Origin: Mycobacterium leprae TN
Lineage (GTDB): Bacteria > Actinomycetota > Actinomycetes > Mycobacteriales > Mycobacteriaceae
Assembly (NCBI RefSeq): GCF_000195855.1
Contig: NC_002677.1
Span: forward strand, 2,070,001-2,102,000
DNA length: 32,000 nt
Direction: 5' to 3'
In this document: in pieces, positions 24,161 through 32,000 of the stretch
How the letters are laid out: every line of letters begins with the position of its first letter
Numbering within the stretch: position 1 is the stretch's first letter
Position numbers and translations under genes: made by a program
The notes under the pieces: model-generated
The model's input: only the letters and a program-made list of their open reading frames with translations
Database searches by the model: none
What the model was told of the DNA's origin: nothing

Positions 24161-24247
24161 GCTGGGATAGGATAGGCTAATTCTCCCCACGTCAAATACC
24201 TTACCGGATCGCACATGCTGACCCGCACAGCCCGACCACTTCAACGG

Positions 24248-24311
24248 CTTGCGGGTATGGATACTGCGACGGGTCACGGACGTATCGCGTCGCAGTATCC
24301 ATACTCGCGAG
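24248..24311 (-). terminator. Strong hairpin downstream of nrdE
   Basis: Perfect 16-nt arms GTATGGATACTGCGAC (24255-24270) and GTCGCAGTATCCATAC (24289-24304), with additional outward pairing (GCG/CGC after one G-T pair). No U-tract. Confidence 0.6.
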
Positions 24312-24323
24312 GAACCGAGGAAC

Positions 24324-26489
24324 TTACAGCGTGCAAGACACGCAGCCCTCGACTTCGGTGCCTTCCAGCGCCATCTGCCGCAGCCGAATGTAATACAGCG
24401 TCTTGATTCCCTTGCGCCACGCATAAATCTGCGCCTTGTTCACGTCCCGGGTGGTGGCGGTGTCTTTGAAGAACAACGTCAGTGAGAGCCCTTGGTCGAC
24501 GTGCTGGGTGGCCGCCGCGTATGTGTCGATGATCTTCTGGTACCCGATCTCATAAGCGTCCTGGTAGTACTGCAGATTGTCATTGGTCATATAGGGCGCC
24601 GGATAGTAAACTCGGCCAATTTTTCCTTCCTTACGGATCTCAACTTTCGACACGATCGGGTGGATCGACGACGTCGAATGGTTGATATAGGAGATCGATC
24701 CGGTCGGCGGCACCGCCTGCAGGTTCTGGTTGTAGATGCCGTGTGCGACCACCAACTCCTTCAGCCGCTTCCAGTCGTTTTGGGTCGGAATACGGATCGC
24801 TGCCTCAGCGAATAACTGACGCACTTTATCGGTCTTCGGCTCCCACGTCTGCTCGATGTATTTGTCGAAGAACTCTCCCGACGCGTACTTGGACCGCTCG
24901 AAACCTTTGAAGAAGGTACCTCGTTCGATCGCGATAGAGTTCGAAGCCAGCAACACGTGAAACAACACCGTATAGAAGTAAATGTTGGTGAAATCGACTC
25001 CCTCTTCGGAACCGTAGAAGATTCCTTCACGGGACAAGTAGCCATGCAGGTTCATCTGCCCCAGCCCGATCGCGTGGGAATCATTGTTACCCTGCTCGAT
25101 CGAGGGCACCGACTTGATGTGCGTCTGGTCGCTCACCGCAGTCAACGCGCGAATCGCCACCTCAACCGTCTGCGCGAAATCCGGTGAGTCCATCGTCTTG
25201 GCAATGTTCAGCGATCCCAGGTTACATGAAATGTCCTTGCCCACTTTGGCATACGACAAGTCGTCGTTAAACAACGACGGCGTGGACACCTGCAGGATCT
25301 CCGAGCATAGATTCGAGTGAGTGATCTTACCTTCAATGGGGTTGGCCCGGTTCACCGTGTCCTCGAACATGACATAGGGGTAACCGGACTCGAACTGCAG
25401 CTCGGCCAGCTTCTGGAAAAACTCCCGCGCCTTGATCTTGGTCTTGCGGATGCGTGCGTCATCGAGCATCTCATAATACTTCTCAGTCACCGAAATATCG
25501 GCGAACGGCACCTCGTAAACCCGCTCGACGTCGTACGACGAGAACAGGTACATGTCTTCGTTACGCTTAGCCAGCTCAAAGGTGATGTCGGGAATTATCA
25601 CCCCCAGGCTCAGCGTCTTGATCCGGATCTTCTCGTCGGCATTCTCCCGCTTAGTGTCCAAGAAGCGGTAGATGTCAGGGTGATGAGCATGCAGGTACAC
25701 CGCACCAGCGCCTTGGCGGGCGCCCAACTGATTGGCATACGAGAACGCATCTTCAAGCAACTTCATGATCGGAATTACGCCCGAAGACTGGTGTTCGATG
25801 TTCTTGATCGGTGCACCATGCTCACGAATGTTGCTCAGCAGCAAAGCAACTCCTCCGCCACGCTTGGATAGCTGTAGCGCGGAGTTGACCGATCGCCCGA
25901 TCGACTCCATGTTATCCTCAATGCGCAGCAAAAAACAGCTCACCGGTTCGCCGCGTTGTTTCTTGCCCGAGTTCAAAAAAGTTGGGGTAGCTGGCTGGAA
26001 TCGGCCGTCGATGATCTCGTCGACGAGCTTCTCGGCCAAGCCGGTGTCACCGGCCGCCAACGTGAGTGCGACCATGCAGACCCGGTCTTCGAGGCGCTCT
26101 AAATACCGCTTCCCGTCGAACGTCTTCAGCGTGTAAGAGGTATAATACTTGAACGCACCAAGAAACGTTGAGAACCGAAACTTCTTGGCGTAGGCACGAT
26201 CCAGCAGCGACTTGACAAAGTTACGCGAGTACTGATCGAGCACCTCACGCTCGTAGTAATTCTCGCGGATCAGATAGTCCAGCTTCTCGTCCTGGTTATG
26301 GAAAAAGACCGTGTTCTGATTGACATGCTGCAGGAAGAATTGGCGGGCCGCGAGTACGTCCTTGTCGAATTGGATCTTGCCGTCCGCATCGTACAGATTC
26401 AACATCGCGTTGAGCGCGTGGTAGTCTGTTTCATTGGACAACATGTGAGTGCTGGCGGTTACCGGCTCTGCAGTGGCGGTTGGTGGCAC
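24324..26489 (-). CDS. nrdE: Ribonucleoside-diphosphate reductase alpha chain (class Ib)
   Basis: Intact 721-aa ORF, GTG start: [16 protein letters not shown]-type region ([23 protein letters not shown]), NLCSEI, C-terminal CVSCTL redox tail. Confidence 0.97.
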   Translation of the reverse strand: MPPTATAEPVTASTHMLSNETDYHALNAMLNLYDADGKIQFDKDVLAARQFFLQHVNQNTVFFHNQDEKLDYLIRENYYEREVLDQYSRNFVKSLLDRAYAKKFRFSTFLGAFKYYTSYTLKTFDGKRYLERLEDRVCMVALTLAAGDTGLAEKLVDEIIDGRFQPATPTFLNSGKKQRGEPVSCFLLRIEDNMESIGRSVNSALQLSKRGGGVALLLSNIREHGAPIKNIEHQSSGVIPIMKLLEDAFSYANQLGARQGAGAVYLHAHHPDIYRFLDTKRENADEKIRIKTLSLGVIIPDITFELAKRNEDMYLFSSYDVERVYEVPFADISVTEKYYEMLDDARIRKTKIKAREFFQKLAELQFESGYPYVMFEDTVNRANPIEGKITHSNLCSEILQVSTPSLFNDDLSYAKVGKDISCNLGSLNIAKTMDSPDFAQTVEVAIRALTAVSDQTHIKSVPSIEQGNNDSHAIGLGQMNLHGYLSREGIFYGSEEGVDFTNIYFYTVLFHVLLASNSIAIERGTFFKGFERSKYASGEFFDKYIEQTWEPKTDKVRQLFAEAAIRIPTQNDWKRLKELVVAHGIYNQNLQAVPPTGSISYINHSTSSIHPIVSKVEIRKEGKIGRVYYPAPYMTNDNLQYYQDAYEIGYQKIIDTYAAATQHVDQGLSLTLFFKDTATTRDVNKAQIYAWRKGIKTLYYIRLRQMALEGTEVEGCVSCTL

Positions 26490-26930
26490 CTAATGTTCCT
26501 TCCACAAATTGGCCAAGCCCGCTCGGACAGCAGTGACGTCGTCCTCGGTACCCATCAATTCGAAGCGGTAGAGGTAGGGAACACCGCATTTGCGAGCAAC
26601 GACATCGCCGGCATAGCAAAATTCTGCGCCGAAGTTGGTGTTGCCGGCCGCGACCACCCCGCATATTAGTGCTCGATTGTACTCGTTGTTCAAAAAGGCG
26701 ATGACCTGCTTGGGGACATAGCCGCCTGCTTGAAGATCCGGAGCGGTCCGGCCGCCACCATACGTGGGCAACACCAATACATAGGGATCGCTGACCTCGA
26801 TACGACTATGCAATGGTATCCGCATGGCGGGAACACCCAGCTTCTGCACGAAGCGATGAGTATTCTCCGACACCGAAGAGAAATAGACCAAGTTGTGCGC
26901 CTGCACCGCAACCTCCTTACCTATAGTCAT
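26490..26930 (-). CDS. nrdI: Flavodoxin-like NrdI protein
   Basis: Intact 146-aa ORF abutting nrdE: [76 protein letters not shown]. Confidence 0.95.
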
Positions 26931-26934
26931 CTGG

Positions 26935-27174
26935 CTACGCGGTCAGCACGGCCCCGGCGAGTGCCTTGATGCGATCGGGCCGGAAACCCGACCAGTGGTT
27001 GTTTCCGGCCACCACAACCGGCGCCTGCAAGTAACCCAACGCCATCACGTAGTCACGCGCCTCAGAATCGAGGCTGATGTCGACCGTCTGGTAGGGGATA
27101 CCTTGTTTATCCAGCGCCTTGTAAGTGGCACTACACTGCACACACGCGGGCTTGGTGTACACGGTGATGTTCAT
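26935..27174 (-). CDS. nrdH: Glutaredoxin-like NrdH protein
   Basis: Start ATG at 27174 (GTG at 27177 also possible); [26 protein letters not shown]..., [16 protein letters not shown]. Confidence 0.95.
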   Translation of the reverse strand: MNITVYTKPACVQCSATYKALDKQGIPYQTVDISLDSEARDYVMALGYLQAPVVVAGNNHWSGFRPDRIKALAGAVLTA

Positions 27175-27373
27175 CACAGAAATACCGCTCCTTTGCGAAA
27201 GTTGGAAAGGCTATATGGACTGGCAACTACTCAGGTACAACGTGTGCTGTGTTCAGCGGTCCGCCAAGCCCCAAGATTCCCGTCGTGCGGCCGCCCACAT
27301 CACCTGACCTGGCGATACCGATTCTGGAACGATCACCTGCCTGGTTAGCGTAGTGAACCTGGGATCTGCCGGC

Positions 27374-27429
27374 ACCTTAAAACACTACACCTAGTGGGTG
27401 GCAAGGAGAATAGATACAAGATGTTCTGA
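27374..27429 (-). promoter_or_regulatory. Candidate nrdHIE promoter with tandem NrdR-box-like dyads
   Basis: acaCTAcaccTAGtgg (27382-27397) and weaker ataCAAgatgTTCtga (27414-27429), centres 32 bp apart; TAAGGT -10-like element on the minus strand at 27374-27379. Confidence 0.6.
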
Positions 27430-27634
27430 ACAACAGTTACGAAATTCCCTGGTAGTCAGCCATGCCCTGCGAACCATCCGGCGTGTCGGAACTTACATAT
27501 AGTCGCCCAACAATCACCACAGGCGCCCATCCGCATCGGTATAGCACTGGCCACCGACAAGACTGGTGTCAACGGCACGCCCCTTGTAGCCAGCAAAGCT
27601 GCCAACGGCAACTGGCGGCTCTGCCGCTCACCCA

Positions 27635-28190
27635 ATGTGTCCAGCTCACCTGGGCAGCAAGCTTACCGACGATGTCACACAGCTTTGCATAAATCTCGCG
27701 GCTGTCCGCGGGAGCCTTGCCCGCCAAGGACAGAAACGGCACGGACAACGTAATTTCGTCGATCACGTTCGAGCTGGCTATGCCGAACGACTTGTGCGCC
27801 TCGTCGCGCGCCCACACACCACCGTATTGATCCACTGACACAACACCACTAGCGGCTTGTTCTTCACCGCGCCATCGCCAAATGGTCGTGACAGCTAGTC
27901 GACCGCATTCTTGACCATCGCGAGGGTACTGCCGTTGTATTCCGGGATGACAACCAGGACACTATCCTCGTCAGTTGCGACTTCTCGCAACGCCGTCACC
28001 GAAACCGGCACAAGTGTCGGTATGTCGATGTCCTCATTATCATTATACAACGGCAACGCCCCCAGCCCCTCAACCACCGTGACGGTGAAGCCGTCCGGGG
28101 GCAACCCTTATGTCCAAGTCGGCCATAAGGTGGTTGATCGACGCTACGCACAGGCTTCCACTACACTAAGACGTTGATGTTAGAGTCCTC
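27635..28190 (-). pseudogene. Decayed NADPH-dependent FMN reductase-like gene (Rv3054c-like)
   Basis: Fragments DGFTVTVVEGLGALPLYNDNEDID...VSVTALREVATDEDSVLVVIPEYNGSTLAMVKNAVD and QYGGVWARDEAHKSFGIASSNVIDEITLSVPFLSLAGK...IVGKLAAQV in separate frames. Confidence 0.8.
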
Positions 28191-28324
28191 CGGCACCATT
28201 CCATTCTCTTCGTAGGCCATGGGCTGACCTTCAGCCTTGGATATACAAAAGGGACCTACGGTCCGTTTTTTCCAACCACGTTACAGTACAATTTATGGGA
28301 TCCATGGCGAGCGATTGAATAGAA

Positions 28325-28900
28325 TTGGCTCTGTCCGCTTCAGCAGAGCTCCCACAAGAGCGCAGTGACGCGGCCCGTAATCGCGCACTATTGTTGCAGG
28401 TGGCCCACCGCTTGGTCACCACACACGGTGCGGATGCTGTCACCATGGACGACGTCGGCGTCGGCAAAGACACGCTATTCAGCCAGTTCGACAGCCGAGC
28501 CAGCCTGATGATGGTGCTGCTCGAAGCGGACGAGCGCGCTAGCCAGCAGACGTTCCTATCAGACATGTTCCTATTCGGAGCGCTGCCGTTGGACCCGATG
28601 CGCCCCTATGGATCGACTAGTCGCGTTCAGACGAGAGCGGATCTGCTTCGCCCATACCCACCACGCGCTGTGCTGTTGGCAGCCAACCGCGACCCGCTTA
28701 CCCGCCACGTTAGGGCGGCCGCGGTGTAGCGCACCCATGTGCGGGTACTTTTGCAGTCAGCAAAGAACACTGGCAACCTCGATGGCCAGACCGACGCCCT
28801 GCTAGCGCTGCTCGACGCCGACTACGTAGAACATCAATTGAACTATAGCAGTCACACCTGGAAACTTTGGGCCAGGCGTGGGAGAGTCTGGTGCGCAAGC
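28325..28900 (+). pseudogene. Decayed TetR-family regulator (Rv3055-like)
   Basis: ELPQERSDAARNRALLLQVAHRLVTTHGADAVTMDDVGVGKDTLFSQFDSRASLMMVLLEADERA, then frameshifted fragments ending LLDADYVEHQLN. Confidence 0.75.
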
Positions 28901-28924
28901 TGTGCGGACAGTGACTAACTCGGT

Positions 28925-29958
28925 CCTGCGATGTCTACCTCGACCAATTTTTGGCGTCGGTCGAGCTTCGCTACCACTACGAAGTGACCGAGCTGTCAGT
29001 CGTCGTCGGCGCCGACTATTCAACCTCAACCGAACCACCTCAAGATCGTCACCTGCGACTAACATGAGACCCGCGAATTCGGTTGTGCACACGAGTAGGT
29101 CACTACGGCCGTCCGCTCGGTGCTGCCCCGGCCACATTTTTAGGGTCCGATCCGGCCGCCTACGACCACGTTATGGAATTGTTGCGCGACTTGGTACACC
29201 CGGGCAGAGGTCTGGGGCTGGACGAAGCTTATGCCGAGTTGACCGCAGCCGAGACAGCTCAGGACACTGAAGGTACCGAGCCACATCCACGCCGTCATCT
29301 TCTCGGAAACCGGGCTATCCTGCTAAGTCGGCCATCAGCGACAACAAACAGCATGTCAAGGTCTCCACTGGCTTGGCGAAACCGGCCGGGATCTTTACCA
29401 TCACCTACGCGAACGGGATGACCCTGACAGCCACCCGACCTGTCGAAAAATTGTGGACTGTGGGATAGTCGAGCCTAGGATCGCGAAAAATCTTGAAGCC
29501 CTTGGGAGAATAACGGCGCGGCAGCTTGTACACAGCGACAGCGAGTTGCTGACTTCCACCTTCGGTCCGCTAACCGGCTTGTGTCTGCCGCTGCTCGCTG
29601 AGGGGGTGGCCACACCGCGGTCAAGTGCACAATCATGGATTCCGCACTCTTGCAGCCACATAGTCACCTTTCCACGTGACCTCACTGAACGAATCGAAAT
29701 GGATTTGGCGGTAAAGGAATTAGTGCAGCGAGCGCTGACCAATGTGGTAGCTTCATCTCGAACAGTAACCCAAGTGGCGGTCACCGTGCTCACCGCAATT
29801 TTCTACGCCAACAACAAGATCCGCAAGTTAGACGCGCACACCACACCATCCCAACACCACCACCACCGCGACATTGCGCGTACTGGGTTTATGGCGTAGC
29901 TGGACCGCCCGATCCGATTACTCGGTAGGCGGCTCGAACTCGAGACGCCCCCGTAGCG
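28925..29958 (+). pseudogene. dinP: Decayed Y-family DNA polymerase IV
   Basis: Fragments DVYLDQFLASVELRYHYE, FLGSDPAAYDHVMELLRDL..GLGLDEAYAEL, ISDNKQHVKVSTGLAKPAGIFTITYANGMTL, LLTSTFGPL, HIVTFPRDLTERIEMDLAVKELVQRALTNVVASSRTVTQVAVTVLTAIFYANNKIRKLD, GRRLELETPP*. Confidence 0.85.
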
Positions 29959-29980
29959 TCAGCATGGTATCGGTCCGGGT

Positions 29981-30919
29981 TCAATTGCCCGACTTGCCCC
30001 CCTCACCGCTGCGCGGCTGGGAGTACACCCCCACCTTGATCGGCTCCACGCACCGCATCGTCGCCGGACTGGGCCGAAGTGCCCGCGTGAAAACTACGTT
30101 GACTTGCTTCATCACCACTCCGTACGGCCACCACGCCAGCCGCTTGAACCCATACAGCACCCGAATATCGTGCGAGGTGTAGATCAGGTACCGGTTCTTT
30201 GCGACCCCGGCCAAGATCTTCTCGGCGGCCCTTTCCGCTGACACAGCATGACCACGGAAGCGGTCAACCCATCGACTGAACCTCGGGTCCTGGCGGTCAA
30301 CCCCGGCAATTTCGATAGTATCGACTAGCGGCGTCCGTACCGCACCGGGCACCACAACCGACACCCCGATGCGGTACCGGGCTAGGTCGAAGCGCAGCAC
30401 CTCAGAAAGTCCGCGCAATCCGTACTTGCTGGCACTGTAGGCCGCATGCCAGGGCAGGGCGACCAGCCCAGCCGCCGAAGAGACATTGACCAAATGCCCA
30501 CCCCGGCCGGCGGCCAGGATCGCCGGCACGAACGTCTCGATGATGTGGATCGGTCCCATCAGGTTGATCGCGACCACGTTGCTCCACTGGTCGTGGGTGA
30601 GTCGGTCAACAGTCCCCCAGACCGAGACGCCAGCGATATTCATCACGATATCCATGCTGGGATGCCTTGCGTGGATGTCAGCGCCGAATGCCGCCACCTC
30701 GTCGTAGTCGGAAATGTCCAGGGCACGATACTCGGGGACCTGTGCACCGAGAGCCCGTGCTTCGGACACGGTTTGGGCCAAACCATCGCAGTGGCGGTCG
30801 GTCAGATACAGCTCAGCACCGTAGGCGGCGAGCCGCAATGCGGTGGCTCGGCCAATACCACTAGCCGCGCCGGTGACAAAACACCGCTTCCCCACGAAAT
30901 ATTGTGCCGTCTTCACCAT
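29981..30919 (-). CDS. Short-chain dehydrogenase/reductase (Rv3057c-like)
   Basis: Intact 312-aa ORF: CFVTGAASGIGRATALRLAAYGAELYLTDR, MNIAGVSVWG, NVSSAAGLVALPWHAAYSASKYGLRGLSEVLR. Confidence 0.93.
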   Translation of the reverse strand: MVKTAQYFVGKRCFVTGAASGIGRATALRLAAYGAELYLTDRHCDGLAQTVSEARALGAQVPEYRALDISDYDEVAAFGADIHARHPSMDIVMNIAGVSVWGTVDRLTHDQWSNVVAINLMGPIHIIETFVPAILAAGRGGHLVNVSSAAGLVALPWHAAYSASKYGLRGLSEVLRFDLARYRIGVSVVVPGAVRTPLVDTIEIAGVDRQDPRFSRWVDRFRGHAVSAERAAEKILAGVAKNRYLIYTSHDIRVLYGFKRLAWWPYGVVMKQVNVVFTRALRPSPATMRCVEPIKVGVYSQPRSGEGGKSGN

Positions 30920-30959
30920 GGCTTACCTTTGGCCGCCGCACCATAGAACGTTTAGCCAC

Positions 30960-31510
30960 ACCTGCTCGAGCACCCGCACGCAGCGCCCCGTACCACACCA
31001 CTGTCGCAACCGATCAGCATAGGTTAACCGGTCAGCATCAGCGCGGCCGGACCCGCCAAGCGTACGGATCAATGCCGAGATGTCTGCACAGATCGGATGC
31101 GCGATCCCCGCGCCTCGAGTAAATCAATGATCTAGCAAAGCACCACTTCAAATTGCCGTTCGAAAATATGTTGGATCTCAATATCGGTGTGGCGGACGAC
31201 AGATGATTACAGGCCGTCATCACCGAGTCGTTGTGTGCGTAGACAACGGCGGCACTGCCCACCATTTGCTTGGCGAACTGCTCGAGTGATTCGCCCGACC
31301 GACGGGGGACGAAATATTAGGTGGACTTTTCGAGTTCTTCGGCTGCCTTCGCCAGAATCTTGGCAAGCACAGCGTACTTGGAGTCGAAATAGGAAGTAAG
31401 AAGCCGGATCGGGTCACCCCGACGCGGTGGCTAATGGTGCTAACCGACAGCTCCAACATGCGACCTCTCCTCCAGAAGCTCACGCGCTGCCTACAGGACC
31501 GCTTGTCGGT
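30960..31510 (-). pseudogene. Decayed TetR-family regulator (Rv3058c-like)
   Basis: Frame-hopping fragments FDSKYAVLAKILAKAAEELEKS, FVPRRSGESLEQFAKQMVGSAAVVYAHND, PILRSNIFSNGNLKWCFARSLI. Confidence 0.6.
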
Positions 31511-31756
31511 GCTTGTGATCATGCTGTCGCACAGTTGGTATCCCCCCGCTCCTGGCTGCTTAGCTATTCACATTGTAATCATCCCATCTGACCTTGCACC
31601 ATGCCGCTCGAAAAGGAAACTTGACAGCCATCAAACCTGTCCGAAGGATCATTTTTTAGTAACATTGTCATAGCCTGTCCAGGCAGGCAAATGAAGCGTT
31701 CATGGCCGCCATCATAAGCACTTAGCACTATAAGCCGGACCAGACACAGGACATCG

Positions 31757-32000
31757 ATGCCCCCAACGCTTAACACCATCCTCAGTATGGAAACGTTCCA
31801 AGGCGCTATATTCGCCCACGACTGGAAGACAGCAATCCTAGCCAAACCACCCGCCGGTAACAGTCTCAAGCTCATCCTCGGCGACTCAGACGTTGCCCAT
31901 GCTCGGTCACTTCATCGAAGTATTCCAGGGGAGACATGGACTACGCGCTGTTCCTGTATCAAGCACACAATCCGCTGATTTATCCCGCTTCGCCGGCCCT
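31757..32000 (+). pseudogene. cyp136: 5' fragment of a decayed cytochrome P450 (cyp136-like), runs off the window
   Basis: MPPTLNTILSMETFQ...LAKPPAGNSLKLILGDSDVAHARSLH, then frameshift to DYALFLYQAHNPLIYP; position matches Rv3059. Confidence 0.6.

Noticed and set aside
24161-24424. Extended N-terminus of the TetR ORF overlapping nrdE
   Set aside because: The upstream part has no homology-like pattern and includes the nrdE 3' end and hairpin; the ATG at 24160 fits the TetR family length.
25317-25871. 184-aa plus-strand ORF antisense to nrdE
   Set aside because: Mirror-frame artefact; nrdE is unambiguous on the other strand.

Overview
This window reads as a chromosomal segment of Mycobacterium leprae. 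It has a mosaic of intact genes, syntenic with the M. tuberculosis Rv3034c-Rv3059 interval, separated by decayed pseudogenes, and it carries one copy of the M. leprae-specific RLEP repeat. The intact set is: a hexapeptide-repeat acyltransferase, a PQQ/beta-propeller lipoprotein, a SAM methyltransferase, echA17-like, a Nudix-like protein, an ABC ATPase, serB2, ctaD, fecB, adhC, nrdF, a TetR regulator, nrdE, nrdI, nrdH and an SDR dehydrogenase. I found no convincing new defence system, phage or CRISPR. The most interesting observations are: (1) tandem NrdR-box-like dyads upstream of both nrdH and nrdF, each pair spaced exactly 32 bp centre to centre over a TAAGGT -10-like element; (2) the RLEP copy sits inside a decayed THUMP-like/SAM methyltransferase gene (Rv3037c-like), with recognisable gene fragments on both sides; (3) a decayed aromatic-catabolism cluster at 1.7-4.8 kb (TetR, extradiol dioxygenase, FAH-family hydrolase, MhpA-like FAD hydroxylase) that the six-frame track does not reveal; (4) long hairpins just downstream of nrdE and adhC without U-tracts; (5) several palindromes in divergent intergenic regions. 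Homology statements come from recalled protein families and synteny; no database search was run.
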